A stretch of DNA of 64,000 nt from a virus. Below the pieces are notes generated by a model. The model had not been told where the DNA came from and made no database searches. It saw only the letters and a program-made list of their open reading frames with translations. This document shows, in pieces, positions 7,528 through 16,971 of the stretch (position 1 is the first letter of the stretch; each line of letters starts with the position of its first letter). Both the position numbers and the translations under genes were made by a program. The stretch is from the IMG/VR virus record IMGVR_UViG_3300009151_000035, positions 32,001-96,000 of that record. One strand, 5' to 3'.

Positions 7528-10500
7528 TTGACCATGGCCATGACAGAAGAAGAATTAGCAAGAATGAGTGCTCAAATTGAGCTGACTACCGAAGCCTTGT
7601 CAAAATTTACTGGAGCCATGTATGGCGCAACTCCAGAACAACTTGCGGCGTCCAAAGCAGACAAAGACGCTGCAAAAGCTGCGGCTCAATTTCAAGCCAG
7701 ACTGGATACAGCCACTGCTGCTGTTGGTGCACTAGCAGGTGTTTTTGTAAACTACAATAAAGAAGTTTACAAAAGTGGTAATGCTAATAAAGCTGCGGCT
7801 GCTTCTATTGAAAGCATGGGCGAAGCAGCCAAGTATGCAGGTGCATTTTTAGCACTGTTAGTGCCTGGCGGGCCGTTGGTCAAAGCAGCCGTTGCCGGAT
7901 TGGGACTGTTAGCCAGTGAGTTGATCAAGTCTGGCAAGTTGATTGCTGAACAAACTGACGAGATATACAAAGCCTATCAGGACATGGCCAAAGCAGGTGC
8001 TGCTGGCGCTGGTGGAATGCAGGATGTGTTTGACAGCTTGCAAAAAGTGGGCATGGGCACAGAAAAATTTGGCGCCTATATCAAACTGGTCAACGAAAAT
8101 GCCAACGATCTTGCAGTATTTGGAGGTTCGGTAAACAAAGGTCGCAAGATCTTTGAAAACACCATGTCATCGTTGAGTACAGAACAACGAGTTCAAATGG
8201 AACAAATGGGCCTGGATAGAGAAGCTCAAGCCACAGCCACAATGGCTTACATCAAACAACAACGCTTGTTGACTCAAGGCACCAAATCTCAAATGGATAC
8301 CAGCAGTGCTGCTGTGATGAAATACATTCAAGAAACGGACACACTCACACGTCTTACCGGTCTCAACAGACAAGAACAAGAAAAACTTCATGACGATGCC
8401 ATGCGTAACGAGGCATACAATGCTACCATGCAAGAAATACGTGAGACACAAGGCGAAGAAGGTGTGCGTCGAGTGCAAGAAGCTGCGGCCATGGCTCAGA
8501 AAGCTGGTCCAGAAACATTCAAACAATTCCAAGCCAGCTTGTCGGGTTTTGTGGGATCTAGCAATGAAGCACAGCAGGCGTTTATGGCCACTGGTGGGAA
8601 AATAGCCGAAGTGACAGATGCATTGCGCAGTGGACAGGTAAAGAACACCAAAGAAACTGCTGTTGCCATGAATGGCTTGTTCAAGGCATATGGTGAAACT
8701 GCTCAACAGTTTAGAGGACAAGCCAAGATGATGAACTACGGTCCAACTTTTGGCAGTTACTACGAAGCAGTCAAAGCCGGATCAATGAGTCTTGAATCTT
8801 TGGCAGAAGTTGTTGCACAAGTTGACAATGCTGAAGAAGAACGCAGAAAACAACTAGCTGATCCTAAGACCAAAGCAATGGCAGAAGCCATGAATGCCAC
8901 TGTTGATCAACAACTCAAACTACAACGTGGAGTAAACATGGGCATGGATGCTTACATCACAGGATTGGGTAAAGTGACCAATGCTAATGCAACAGCACTT
9001 GATATACTAGGCAACGCCGCTAGATCAGCCGCCGAAGCATTGGGATTAATTGGTGGTGGTAAAAAAGTTCAACAATCAGCAGCAGTTCAAGATGCCACAA
9101 AAGCCACTGCTGCCACAAGAGACACAGCTAAACCTTTACAAGACCGTGTTGATGCACTGAACAAACAAATAGACGAAGATGAAAAAACCCTCAAAGAAGC
9201 CAAGCGTGCTGGTAAGAGTGTGGCAGAAATGGCGGCCCTTGAAGAAAAAATTAAAAAAACTAAAGACGAAGAACTTATTGCAGCAAAAGAGTTAGATGCT
9301 CAAGATCAAATAATCAAGCAAGCACAAAATAAGGAAACAGCGATTCGAAAAACACAAGTGGCCGAACAAGGCAAGATGAATCGTCTTGAACGAGCAATTA
9401 ATCAAGAAAAAGAGCAACTGGCCGAACTCAACGAAGCAAAGTACAATCTTGAAAAATATTTAGCACAGTCAGGAACTGATGCAAAAACACTTGCAGCTGG
9501 TCGCAAGCGAGTGGCATCATTACAAGAGTCTATTGACAAAAAACAAAAATCACTGACAGAACAACAATCAGAATTAACTAATCTACAGAAAAAACTTGCG
9601 CCACCAGGTGCCGCGCCTGCGGCAGCACCGGCAGGAGGAGCACCGGCAGGAGGAGCACCTGCAGCAGCACCAGCAGCACCGGCAGGAGGAGCACCTGCAG
9701 CAGCACCAGCAGCACCGGCAGGAGGAGCACCGGCAGGAGGAGCACCACCAGCACCGGCAGGAGGAGCACCTGCAACTCGAGGAGCAATGCCACCTGCTCA
9801 AGGTCGTAAAGAAGTAAGTTTAGAAGAACTACAAGCAAAAAAACAAAGACTAGTAAGGGCTGGACCAAGAACCAAAAATCAACAATCAATTGAGTCTCAC
9901 GAAGAAGAACTGAAAACATTAGACATGGCTATTGCTGAAAAGTCCAAACAAGTAAAAGATATTAAAGATTACTTGCAGTTTGGTGGAGAAAGCGGTAGCG
10001 AGACTTCTTTCAAAGGTCTCTCTCCAGACTTGCAACAAGGTATTCTTACAGCAGCCAAACAATATAAGGAATCAACTGGAAAACCGCTGACCATAAACAG
10101 TGCCGCTAGAACTCCGGAGAAACAAAAAGAACTTTATGATAAATGGGTTGCTGGCGGGAAAAAAGGAATGCCAGTGGCTCCTCCGGGCTCTAGTTTGCAT
10201 GAACAAGGTAAAGCTGTTGATATTCAAGAAGGCATATCTTCGTCAGTTGCTATAGCAGCATTGAATTCCCAAGGGCTATTTCAAACTGTACCTAACGATC
10301 CAGTACATTTTCAACCAAAAGCATTTGGTGATGGCGGCGTTGTAAACAAACCAACACTTGCGCAGATTGGTGAAAAAGGTCCAGAGGCAGTGATTCCGCT
10401 CAAAGGTGGGCAAGTTCCAGTACATATAAACAGTGATAGTATGAGCGCCCTAGGTGGCGGTGGCTGGAGCGAGCTTCAAGGCTACAACATGGGTGCAATC

Positions 10501-10947
10501 ACTACCGACATAGCGGTACTACAAAAAATTGCTGGCAAGTTGGGAGCATATGACAAATCAACCGAGATGATCACTGATCCAAAACTCTGGAAAGAAATCT
10601 TACAGTCGGGCATGTTGATGAACTATGATGTAGGCGCAGCTAGAATTGGAACCAAAGGGCTGTCTGAGATAGCAGGTTCAGAAGCTGTGGCTGATGCACT
10701 TGCTGGTCGAATCAAAGAACTGATTGACACCAAGAAAGACAGTGGCGAAGCAATTGCTCAAACTAGAACTGAATTTGCGGACATGATGAAAACATTCTAT
10801 ACAGATTTCTTTGCCAAGATGCAGGAGGAAATGCGAAAAGAAAGTCCATTGGATTCAGAGATGCTGGCTGTACTAAAAGACATTAGCAAAACAAACGCTG
10901 CCGCAGCAGGATCTAGCGAAAAGATGTTGCGTTACTCACAAAACTAA
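7528..10947 (+). CDS. Tail tape-measure-like protein with peptidase M15 (Zn D-Ala-D-Ala/endolysin-like) domain; true start probably ATG 7534 or 7540
   Basis: Long Ala/Gln/Lys helical region, P/A/G linker, then SAARTPEKQKELY...APPGSSLHEQGKAVDI...DPVHFQ (SxHxxGxAxD...H) and the tape-measure-associated GG.V..PT...IGE.GPEAVIPL motif. Confidence 0.8.
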   Translation: MTMAMTEEELARMSAQIELTTEALSKFTGAMYGATPEQLAASKADKDAAKAAAQFQARLDTATAAVGALAGVFVNYNKEVYKSGNANKAAAASIESMGEAAKYAGAFLALLVPGGPLVKAAVAGLGLLASELIKSGKLIAEQTDEIYKAYQDMAKAGAAGAGGMQDVFDSLQKVGMGTEKFGAYIKLVNENANDLAVFGGSVNKGRKIFENTMSSLSTEQRVQMEQMGLDREAQATATMAYIKQQRLLTQGTKSQMDTSSAAVMKYIQETDTLTRLTGLNRQEQEKLHDDAMRNEAYNATMQEIRETQGEEGVRRVQEAAAMAQKAGPETFKQFQASLSGFVGSSNEAQQAFMATGGKIAEVTDALRSGQVKNTKETAVAMNGLFKAYGETAQQFRGQAKMMNYGPTFGSYYEAVKAGSMSLESLAEVVAQVDNAEEERRKQLADPKTKAMAEAMNATVDQQLKLQRGVNMGMDAYITGLGKVTNANATALDILGNAARSAAEALGLIGGGKKVQQSAAVQDATKATAATRDTAKPLQDRVDALNKQIDEDEKTLKEAKRAGKSVAEMAALEEKIKKTKDEELIAAKELDAQDQIIKQAQNKETAIRKTQVAEQGKMNRLERAINQEKEQLAELNEAKYNLEKYLAQSGTDAKTLAAGRKRVASLQESIDKKQKSLTEQQSELTNLQKKLAPPGAAPAAAPAGGAPAGGAPAAAPAAPAGGAPAAAPAAPAGGAPAGGAPPAPAGGAPATRGAMPPAQGRKEVSLEELQAKKQRLVRAGPRTKNQQSIESHEEELKTLDMAIAEKSKQVKDIKDYLQFGGESGSETSFKGLSPDLQQGILTAAKQYKESTGKPLTINSAARTPEKQKELYDKWVAGGKKGMPVAPPGSSLHEQGKAVDIQEGISSSVAIAALNSQGLFQTVPNDPVHFQPKAFGDGGVVNKPTLAQIGEKGPEAVIPLKGGQVPVHINSDSMSALGGGGWSELQGYNMGAITTDIAVLQKIAGKLGAYDKSTEMITDPKLWKEILQSGMLMNYDVGAARIGTKGLSEIAGSEAVADALAGRIKELIDTKKDSGEAIAQTRTEFADMMKTFYTDFFAKMQEEMRKESPLDSEMLAVLKDISKTNAAAAGSSEKMLRYSQN
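9600..9775 (+). repeat. Tandem GCACCGGCAGGAGGA / GCACCTGCAGCA repeats encoding an (APAGG/APAAA)n linker
   Basis: The 15-nt unit GCACCGGCAGGAGGA recurs several times, and a 36-nt higher-order unit is duplicated. Confidence 0.9.
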
Positions 10948-10963
10948 CGGTAAATAAACAATC

Positions 10964-12733
10964 ATGGCAGAACAAAACAAACCCGGCTGGAAAAAATATT
11001 TTAAGGTAGCAGACACCACTGGAGTGATGAGTCCAATTTCGGGTACCAATCAGTTTGGGTTTCCGGGATACGGCAAGAACGATGGCGGTACAGGCAACAC
11101 CAATGAATTTGGATTCCGCAACTATGCCAGCAGACTGCCCGAAGTTTACTCTGGCCACCCCAACAGAATTGAGCGTTACAACCAATATGAGAACATGGAC
11201 ATGGACTCAGAAATCAACGCCTGCTTGGATATCATTGCAGAGTTCTCCACACAGCTAAACGAACAAAACGGCACGCCGTTTGACATTGACTATCAAGACA
11301 AACCCACCGACCACGAAATCGAAATCATCCGCAAGCAGATGAAGCAGTGGGTCAAGCTGAACAAACTGGACCAGCGCATATTCAAGCTGTTCCGCAACAC
11401 CATCAAGTACGGCGATCAAATCTTTGTGCGTGATCCAGAAACATTTGAAATGATGTGGGTGGACATGAGCAAGTTGGCCCGTGTGATTGTGAACGAGTCA
11501 GAAGGCAAGCGTCCTGAACAGTATGTGATCCGTGACATCAATCCCAACTTCCAAAACATGACTGTGGCAGCAAAAACCACCACAGACTACATGACCAACC
11601 CAGTTACAGGATCAATCTCTGGCAGCTCTAACTATACCATGCCCAACGGCGGCACAGGTGGTGGTGTGGGTAATTCAAGATTCATGACAGCCATGAACGA
11701 AGTTTGTTTAGATGCCAAGCACGTGGTGCATATGAGCTTGAACGAAGGCCTGGACACATTCTGGCCGTTTGGCAAAAGCATACTAGAAAACATCTACATG
11801 GTGTTCAAACAAAAGCAACTGCTGGAAGATGCCATCTTGATCTATCGTGTACAACGTGCGCCAGAGCGCAGAATCTTCAAGATTGACGTGGGCAACATGC
11901 CATCGCACTTGGCCATGCAGTTTGTGGAACGAGTGAAAAATGAAATGCACCAGCGCAGAATTCCCACTGTAACTGGCGGCGGCAACAACATGATGGACAG
12001 CAGTTATAACCCGCTATCCATCAACGAAGATTACTTCTTTCCACAAGGACAAGACGGGCGTGGCTCATCAGTTGAAGTGCTACCTGGCGGTCAGAACCTG
12101 GGCGAAATTGACGATTTAAAGTATTTCAACAACAAAATGGCCCGTGGTTTGCGTGTGCCATCCAGCTATTTGCCCACTGGTCCAGACGACTCAGATCGTG
12201 TGACCAGTGACGGAAAAGTCGGCACAGCCCTTATACAAGAGTATAGATTCAACCAGTATTGTGAGCGTTTGCAAGCACTAATTGTGCAAAAGTTGGACGA
12301 TGAATTCAAGATGTTCTTGAAGTGGCGCGGGTTTAATATCGACTCTAGCTTGTTCAACATCAAGTTCAATGCACCACAAAACTTTGCAAGTTATCGTCAA
12401 AGCGAACTGGACAACACCAGGATCACAGCGTTTTCACAGCTGGAACAGTTACCTTACATGAGCAAGCGTTTTATGCTAGAACGTTTCTTGGGCTTGACTG
12501 AAGATGAAATTCAACAGAACGAAGAAATGTGGCGTGAAGAACACGATGACGTTGATGCACCCCCTGTGGCCGGCAGCGACTTGCGAGCTGTGGGTGTAAC
12601 ACCAAGCGGCATGGAAGCTGACATTGCTACTGGTGAAGAAATGGCTGGTATGGATCAACCAGGCGCAGAAGGAATGGCAGGTCCGGGTGCAGCACCTCCG
12701 GCAGCTGGACCGGGTGCACCAGGAACGTTATAA
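10964..12733 (+). CDS. gp20: Portal vertex protein
   Basis: LEDAILIYRVQRAPERRIFKIDVGNMP, EDYFFP...GRGSSVEVLPGGQNLGEIDDLKYF, L.VP.S: T4 gp20 hallmarks. Confidence 0.97.
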   Translation: MAEQNKPGWKKYFKVADTTGVMSPISGTNQFGFPGYGKNDGGTGNTNEFGFRNYASRLPEVYSGHPNRIERYNQYENMDMDSEINACLDIIAEFSTQLNEQNGTPFDIDYQDKPTDHEIEIIRKQMKQWVKLNKLDQRIFKLFRNTIKYGDQIFVRDPETFEMMWVDMSKLARVIVNESEGKRPEQYVIRDINPNFQNMTVAAKTTTDYMTNPVTGSISGSSNYTMPNGGTGGGVGNSRFMTAMNEVCLDAKHVVHMSLNEGLDTFWPFGKSILENIYMVFKQKQLLEDAILIYRVQRAPERRIFKIDVGNMPSHLAMQFVERVKNEMHQRRIPTVTGGGNNMMDSSYNPLSINEDYFFPQGQDGRGSSVEVLPGGQNLGEIDDLKYFNNKMARGLRVPSSYLPTGPDDSDRVTSDGKVGTALIQEYRFNQYCERLQALIVQKLDDEFKMFLKWRGFNIDSSLFNIKFNAPQNFASYRQSELDNTRITAFSQLEQLPYMSKRFMLERFLGLTEDEIQQNEEMWREEHDDVDAPPVAGSDLRAVGVTPSGMEADIATGEEMAGMDQPGAEGMAGPGAAPPAAGPGAPGTL

Positions 12734-12736
12734 ATA
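12729..12736 (+). promoter_or_regulatory. T4-type late promoter TATAAATA
   Basis: Exact T4 late -10 consensus 5 nt before ATG 12742. Confidence 0.75.
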
Positions 12737-12741
12737 ACAAC

Positions 12742-12960
12742 ATGCTACTGACAGAAATCTATAATCAACAGCCTCAAGCCTATCAAGACTTGAGTCAAGA
12801 CAACAGTCAACTGCAACTCAGCGACTTGCGTAAGACTCGCTTGACCTTGCGTCAGCTAAACAAACTGCGCAAAATGAATGACATTCGTTCTGTAGAATTC
12901 AAAGACAAACTCAAATTGATACGCAAACAGTATCAACCTCCAGCACAACCTATAGCCTGA
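12742..12960 (+). CDS. Small conserved head-region protein
   Basis: 72-aa ORF between portal and core genes. RKTRLTLRQLNKLRKM basic helix, own late promoter. Confidence 0.7.
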   Translation: MLLTEIYNQQPQAYQDLSQDNSQLQLSDLRKTRLTLRQLNKLRKMNDIRSVEFKDKLKLIRKQYQPPAQPIA

Positions 12961-13061
12961 TCAGTCGGCGAGAAAAAACAGCCGTTTTGAGGGTTAAACA
13001 CTATAGTTTTTGACTGTTATATTAAATAACAGCACACTTTACCTATAGGAGTTTACCCAAT

Positions 13062-13931
13062 ATGAACCGTTTCGAACAATTAATCGAATACGTCATTAAT
13101 GACGAAGAACAAAAAGCCCGCGAACTTTTCCATGACATCGTTGTGGAAAAAAGCCGTAAGATCTATGAAAACTTAATGGCCGAAGAAGCCGAAGAAGACC
13201 TAGACGAAGCAGCTGAAGAAGAGCTCGACGAAGCTGAAGAAGACCTTGACGAAGGCATGATGGGCGGAGACGCTAGTGATGACCTAATTGACAATGTCGA
13301 AACAGAAGAAGAAATGAGCATGGAAGGCGAAGATGACGCCGATGCTGAATTTGACGACGAAGCTGAAGAAGCCGGCGACGACTTAACTGGTGATTTAGAA
13401 GCTGATCACGATGAGTTTGGCGGCAGCGAAGGCGGCAGCGGTGACGCTGCTACTAAAGACGACATCATGAATTTAGAAGACAAACTGGACCAGTTGATGG
13501 CCGAGTTTGAAGCTGCTATGGGCGGTGACGAAATGGGCATGGGCGACGGCGACGGGTTTGGTCCTGAAGAAGGCGGCGACGCTATTGAAATGGACGACAC
13601 CGGCGAAATGGAACCAGGCATGATGGAAGCCATCAGCTTGAAAGCAGCCCCAAAGCCAGTTACAGCTGAACAAGGTAACGGCAAAGCAGGTCCTGTAGCA
13701 TTTAACTCAGGTGCAGCTGGTATGGCCAGCAAGCCAGTACACACTGGTGCTAGCCAAGGTGGTCATCATGACACATCTGCTTATCGCAACACAACAAAAG
13801 ACTTGATTGGCAAAGTAGGTAATACACCTGCTCAATCCACACAAGATCTCAAGCCTGCTACCAAGCCACATTTGGGCCAAGCATCAGGCGTGAACAACAA
13901 GAGCCCACTGCCAAGCGGTCGTAAGGGTTAA
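13062..13931 (+). CDS. Acidic prohead core/scaffold-like protein
   Basis: Very Glu/Asp-rich with repeated LDE/LxE motifs (gp21-type cleavage sites). AGGAG RBS. Directly upstream of the protease. Confidence 0.7.
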   Translation: MNRFEQLIEYVINDEEQKARELFHDIVVEKSRKIYENLMAEEAEEDLDEAAEEELDEAEEDLDEGMMGGDASDDLIDNVETEEEMSMEGEDDADAEFDDEAEEAGDDLTGDLEADHDEFGGSEGGSGDAATKDDIMNLEDKLDQLMAEFEAAMGGDEMGMGDGDGFGPEEGGDAIEMDDTGEMEPGMMEAISLKAAPKPVTAEQGNGKAGPVAFNSGAAGMASKPVHTGASQGGHHDTSAYRNTTKDLIGKVGNTPAQSTQDLKPATKPHLGQASGVNNKSPLPSGRKG

Positions 13932-13935
13932 TTAG

Positions 13936-14574
13936 ATGTCATCTAGATACCTAAGAGAAGATCTTACTTTTAGCCAAGCCAACATCCAAGTTTTGGAAGA
14001 AGCTGATATTGGCGGCAAGAAGCACCTCTATCTCAAAGGCATTTGCATTGAAGGCGACAAGAAAAATGCAAATGAGCGTATCTATCCTCGACACGAAATT
14101 ATCAAGGCAGTAGAAACCATCAACGAACAGATCCGTAACGGTAACTCCGTTTTAGGTGAAGTGGACCATCCAGATGATCTCAAGATTAACTTGGATCGTG
14201 TGTGCCACACAGTTGACGGCATGTGGATGGACGGACATGCAGGTTGCGGTAAGTTGAAAATTCTGCCAACCCCGATGGGTGAATTGATAAAGACTCTGTT
14301 GACATCTGGCGTGAAGCTGGGTGTTAGCAGTCGTGGATCAGGTAATGTTGATGACAGAACCGGACATGTAAGTGACTTTGAAATCGTCACTATAGATGTG
14401 GTTGCCCAACCCAGTGCTCCTAATGCGTATCCTACAGCAATCTATGAAGGCCTCATGAATATGAAGCACGGTCATAAGATCTTAGAGATGGCTAGAGAGT
14501 CTGGTCAGGACGACAAAGTAAAGAAGTATCTCGCAAGTGAGGTTAAACGCCTCATTCGAGAACTTAAAATCTAA
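13936..14574 (+). CDS. gp21: Prohead core protease
   Basis: N.N.RIYP, LGEVDHP, LPTPMG, GVSSRGSG, DVVAQPSAPNAY. Confidence 0.97.
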   Translation: MSSRYLREDLTFSQANIQVLEEADIGGKKHLYLKGICIEGDKKNANERIYPRHEIIKAVETINEQIRNGNSVLGEVDHPDDLKINLDRVCHTVDGMWMDGHAGCGKLKILPTPMGELIKTLLTSGVKLGVSSRGSGNVDDRTGHVSDFEIVTIDVVAQPSAPNAYPTAIYEGLMNMKHGHKILEMARESGQDDKVKKYLASEVKRLIRELKI

Positions 14575-14586
14575 GGAGAATGAGGC

Positions 14587-15681
14587 ATGTTTGATGCTAT
14601 TAAACCATTGCTAGATAGCGGATTAATCAACGAAGATGTCAGTAAGGAACTCAACGAAGCTTGGGAATCTAAACTGACAGAAGCTCGTGAATTGGTTCGT
14701 GCTGAACTTCGTGAGGAGTTTGCACAACGCTATGAGCACGACAAGTCAGTGATGGTAGAAGCCCTAGATAAGATGGTAACAGAAGGTCTCGCAGGAGAAC
14801 TGGCCAACATTGCAGCTGAAAAGCGCAATTTGGCCGAAGACCGTGTGAAGTTTCAACACAAGATGAAAGAGTCAGCCACTAAGTTTAACAGCTTTATGGT
14901 TACAAAACTTTCTGAAGAAATTTCCGAACTGCGTAAAGACCGTAAGATGCACGCCGAAGGTGTCAATAAACTTGAAAACTTCGTTGTGCAGGCTCTAGCT
15001 AAAGAAATTACAGAGTTCGCTAAAGACAAACGTGATGTTGTAGAAACAAAAGTTCGTTTAGTACGCGAAGCTCGTAGTCAGCTAGAAGGACTCAAGTCAC
15101 GATTCATCAAAGAATCTGCACAAAAAATGAGTTCTGCTGTTAGCCGTCACTTGAAGGCTGAACTGAACCAATTGCAAGAAGACATCCAGGTTGCTCGCGA
15201 GAACAATTTTGGTCGTCGTATCTTCGAAGCGTATGCTACTGAATTTGGCGCTACTCACTTGAATGAGAAAGCGGAAGTTCGTAAGTTGCATGACAAAATT
15301 GCGCACAAGGATAAGAAATTGTCCGAGGCAATTCGTCTCACCGAGAAAGCCAAAGTCTTGGTTGAGAACAAAGAACGCGAACTGCGTATGATCAAAGAGT
15401 CCAATGAGCGTCAAAGCACAATGGATGAATTGCTGCGTCCCTTGAATAAGGAAAAGCAAGAAGTCATGCGTAATTTGCTCGAAAGTGTCCAAACTACCCG
15501 TTTGAAAAATGCTTTTGAAAAGTATCTACCAGCAGTGTTGGAAGACCGATCAGCTAAAGCCCGCAAGGTGATTGCTGAGCAGGTGTCCGCAGTTACCGGT
15601 GATAAGACAGCTCCACAAAAGTCAGAGTCTGATGAAGATCGCAGCAATGTGATTGACCTCAAGAGACTGGCTGGACTGTAA
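14587..15681 (+). CDS. gp22: Prohead core scaffold protein
   Basis: Coiled-coil, charged, located between gp21 and gp23. AAGGAG RBS. Confidence 0.85.
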   Translation: MFDAIKPLLDSGLINEDVSKELNEAWESKLTEARELVRAELREEFAQRYEHDKSVMVEALDKMVTEGLAGELANIAAEKRNLAEDRVKFQHKMKESATKFNSFMVTKLSEEISELRKDRKMHAEGVNKLENFVVQALAKEITEFAKDKRDVVETKVRLVREARSQLEGLKSRFIKESAQKMSSAVSRHLKAELNQLQEDIQVARENNFGRRIFEAYATEFGATHLNEKAEVRKLHDKIAHKDKKLSEAIRLTEKAKVLVENKERELRMIKESNERQSTMDELLRPLNKEKQEVMRNLLESVQTTRLKNAFEKYLPAVLEDRSAKARKVIAEQVSAVTGDKTAPQKSESDEDRSNVIDLKRLAGL

Positions 15682-15705
15682 TAAAAACAATTTTAGGAGA
15701 CTTAA

Positions 15706-16902
15706 ATGTCAATGGAATTACTTGAAAGTCGCTGGGGCGAGACCAAAGAAGCTCTGCTTGAAGGTCTAAACGGAACCAAGCGCAATTCGATGAGTGTTAT
15801 CCTGGAAAACACCAAGCGTTACTTGAAAGAGAACGCAAGTGCTGGTAGCACCGCTTCTGGCAACATTGCCACACTTAACCGTGTGATTCTGCCAGTTATC
15901 CGCCGTGTGATGCCAACTGTTATTGCTAACGAGTTGGTTGGTGTTCAGCCAATGACCGGCCCTGTTGGTCAGATCCACACTCTGCGTGTGCGTTATGCAC
16001 AAAGTTTGACTGATACTTCTGCTGCTGCAACTTCTGTTACAGCTGGCCAAGAAGCATTGTCACCCTTTACAATCGCAACTGCCTACTCTACAGTTCCTCA
16101 AGGTACTACTAGCACCAATGCTTACACTGGTGCCAATACAGCTACCATGGAAGGTACTGGCGGTAAACAAATCAGCGTTCAAATCTTGAAACAAGCTGTT
16201 GAAGCCAAGACCCGCAAGCTGCAGGCTCGCTGGACTTTTGAATCTGCACAAGACGCACAAGCCATGCATGGTATTGACGTTGAAGCAGAAATCATGGCTG
16301 CTCTGGCTCAAGAGATTACCGCTGAGATTGACCAAGAGATTCTACTGAGCTTGCGCTCATTGGCTTCTACTGAGTTCACATACAACCAAGCTACCGTTTC
16401 AGGTACAGCTACATTCGTTGGTGACGAACACGCCGCATTGGCTGTTTTGATCAACCGTGTTGCTAACTTGATCGCCCAACGTACACGTCGTGGCGCTGGT
16501 AACTACGCTGTTGTTTCTTCAGCTGCATTGACAGTGTTGCAAAGTGCAACAACTTCAGCTTTTGCTCGTACCACAGAAGGCACCTTCGAAGCACCTACAA
16601 ACACCAAGTTTGTTGGTACCCTGAACGGTTCTATGCGTGTGTTCGTTGACAGCTATGCTGCTGACACCACACCAGTTCTAGTTGGCTACAAAGGCTCTTC
16701 AGAAGCTGACGCTCCTGCATTCTACTGCCCATACATTCCTTTGATGAGCAGTGGTGTTGTGTTGGATCCAACAACCTTTGAACCAGTGGTGTCATTCATG
16801 ACACGTTATGGTTACATTGAGTTGACCAACACTGCAAGTTCGTTTGGTAACGCCGGCGACTATGTTGGAGAAATTGCAGTATCTAACTTGTCATTCTCCT
16901 AA
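15706..16902 (+). CDS. gp23: Major capsid protein
   Basis: VIRRVMP..IANELVGVQPMTGPVGQI, RKL.A.WT.E.AQD..A.HG.D.E.E, FYCPYIPL, FMTRYG. Confidence 0.98.
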   Translation: MSMELLESRWGETKEALLEGLNGTKRNSMSVILENTKRYLKENASAGSTASGNIATLNRVILPVIRRVMPTVIANELVGVQPMTGPVGQIHTLRVRYAQSLTDTSAAATSVTAGQEALSPFTIATAYSTVPQGTTSTNAYTGANTATMEGTGGKQISVQILKQAVEAKTRKLQARWTFESAQDAQAMHGIDVEAEIMAALAQEITAEIDQEILLSLRSLASTEFTYNQATVSGTATFVGDEHAALAVLINRVANLIAQRTRRGAGNYAVVSSAALTVLQSATTSAFARTTEGTFEAPTNTKFVGTLNGSMRVFVDSYAADTTPVLVGYKGSSEADAPAFYCPYIPLMSSGVVLDPTTFEPVVSFMTRYGYIELTNTASSFGNAGDYVGEIAVSNLSFS

Positions 16903-16935
16903 TCAGAGAAACAACCCAGGGATGGGAAGGCAAAG

Positions 16936-16957
16936 AACCTGCTTCGGCAGGTTTTTT
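16936..16957 (+). terminator. Intrinsic terminator after the major capsid gene
   Basis: AACCTGC-TTCG-GCAGGTT followed by a T run (cUUCGg loop typical of T4-like phages). Confidence 0.92.
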
Positions 16958-16971
16958 GTTGGCTATATAGT

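Noticed and set aside
9578-9919. Alternative-frame ORFs with Cys-, Gln/His- or Leu-rich repeats
   Set aside because: These are shadow translations of the APAGG tandem repeat inside the tape-measure gene.
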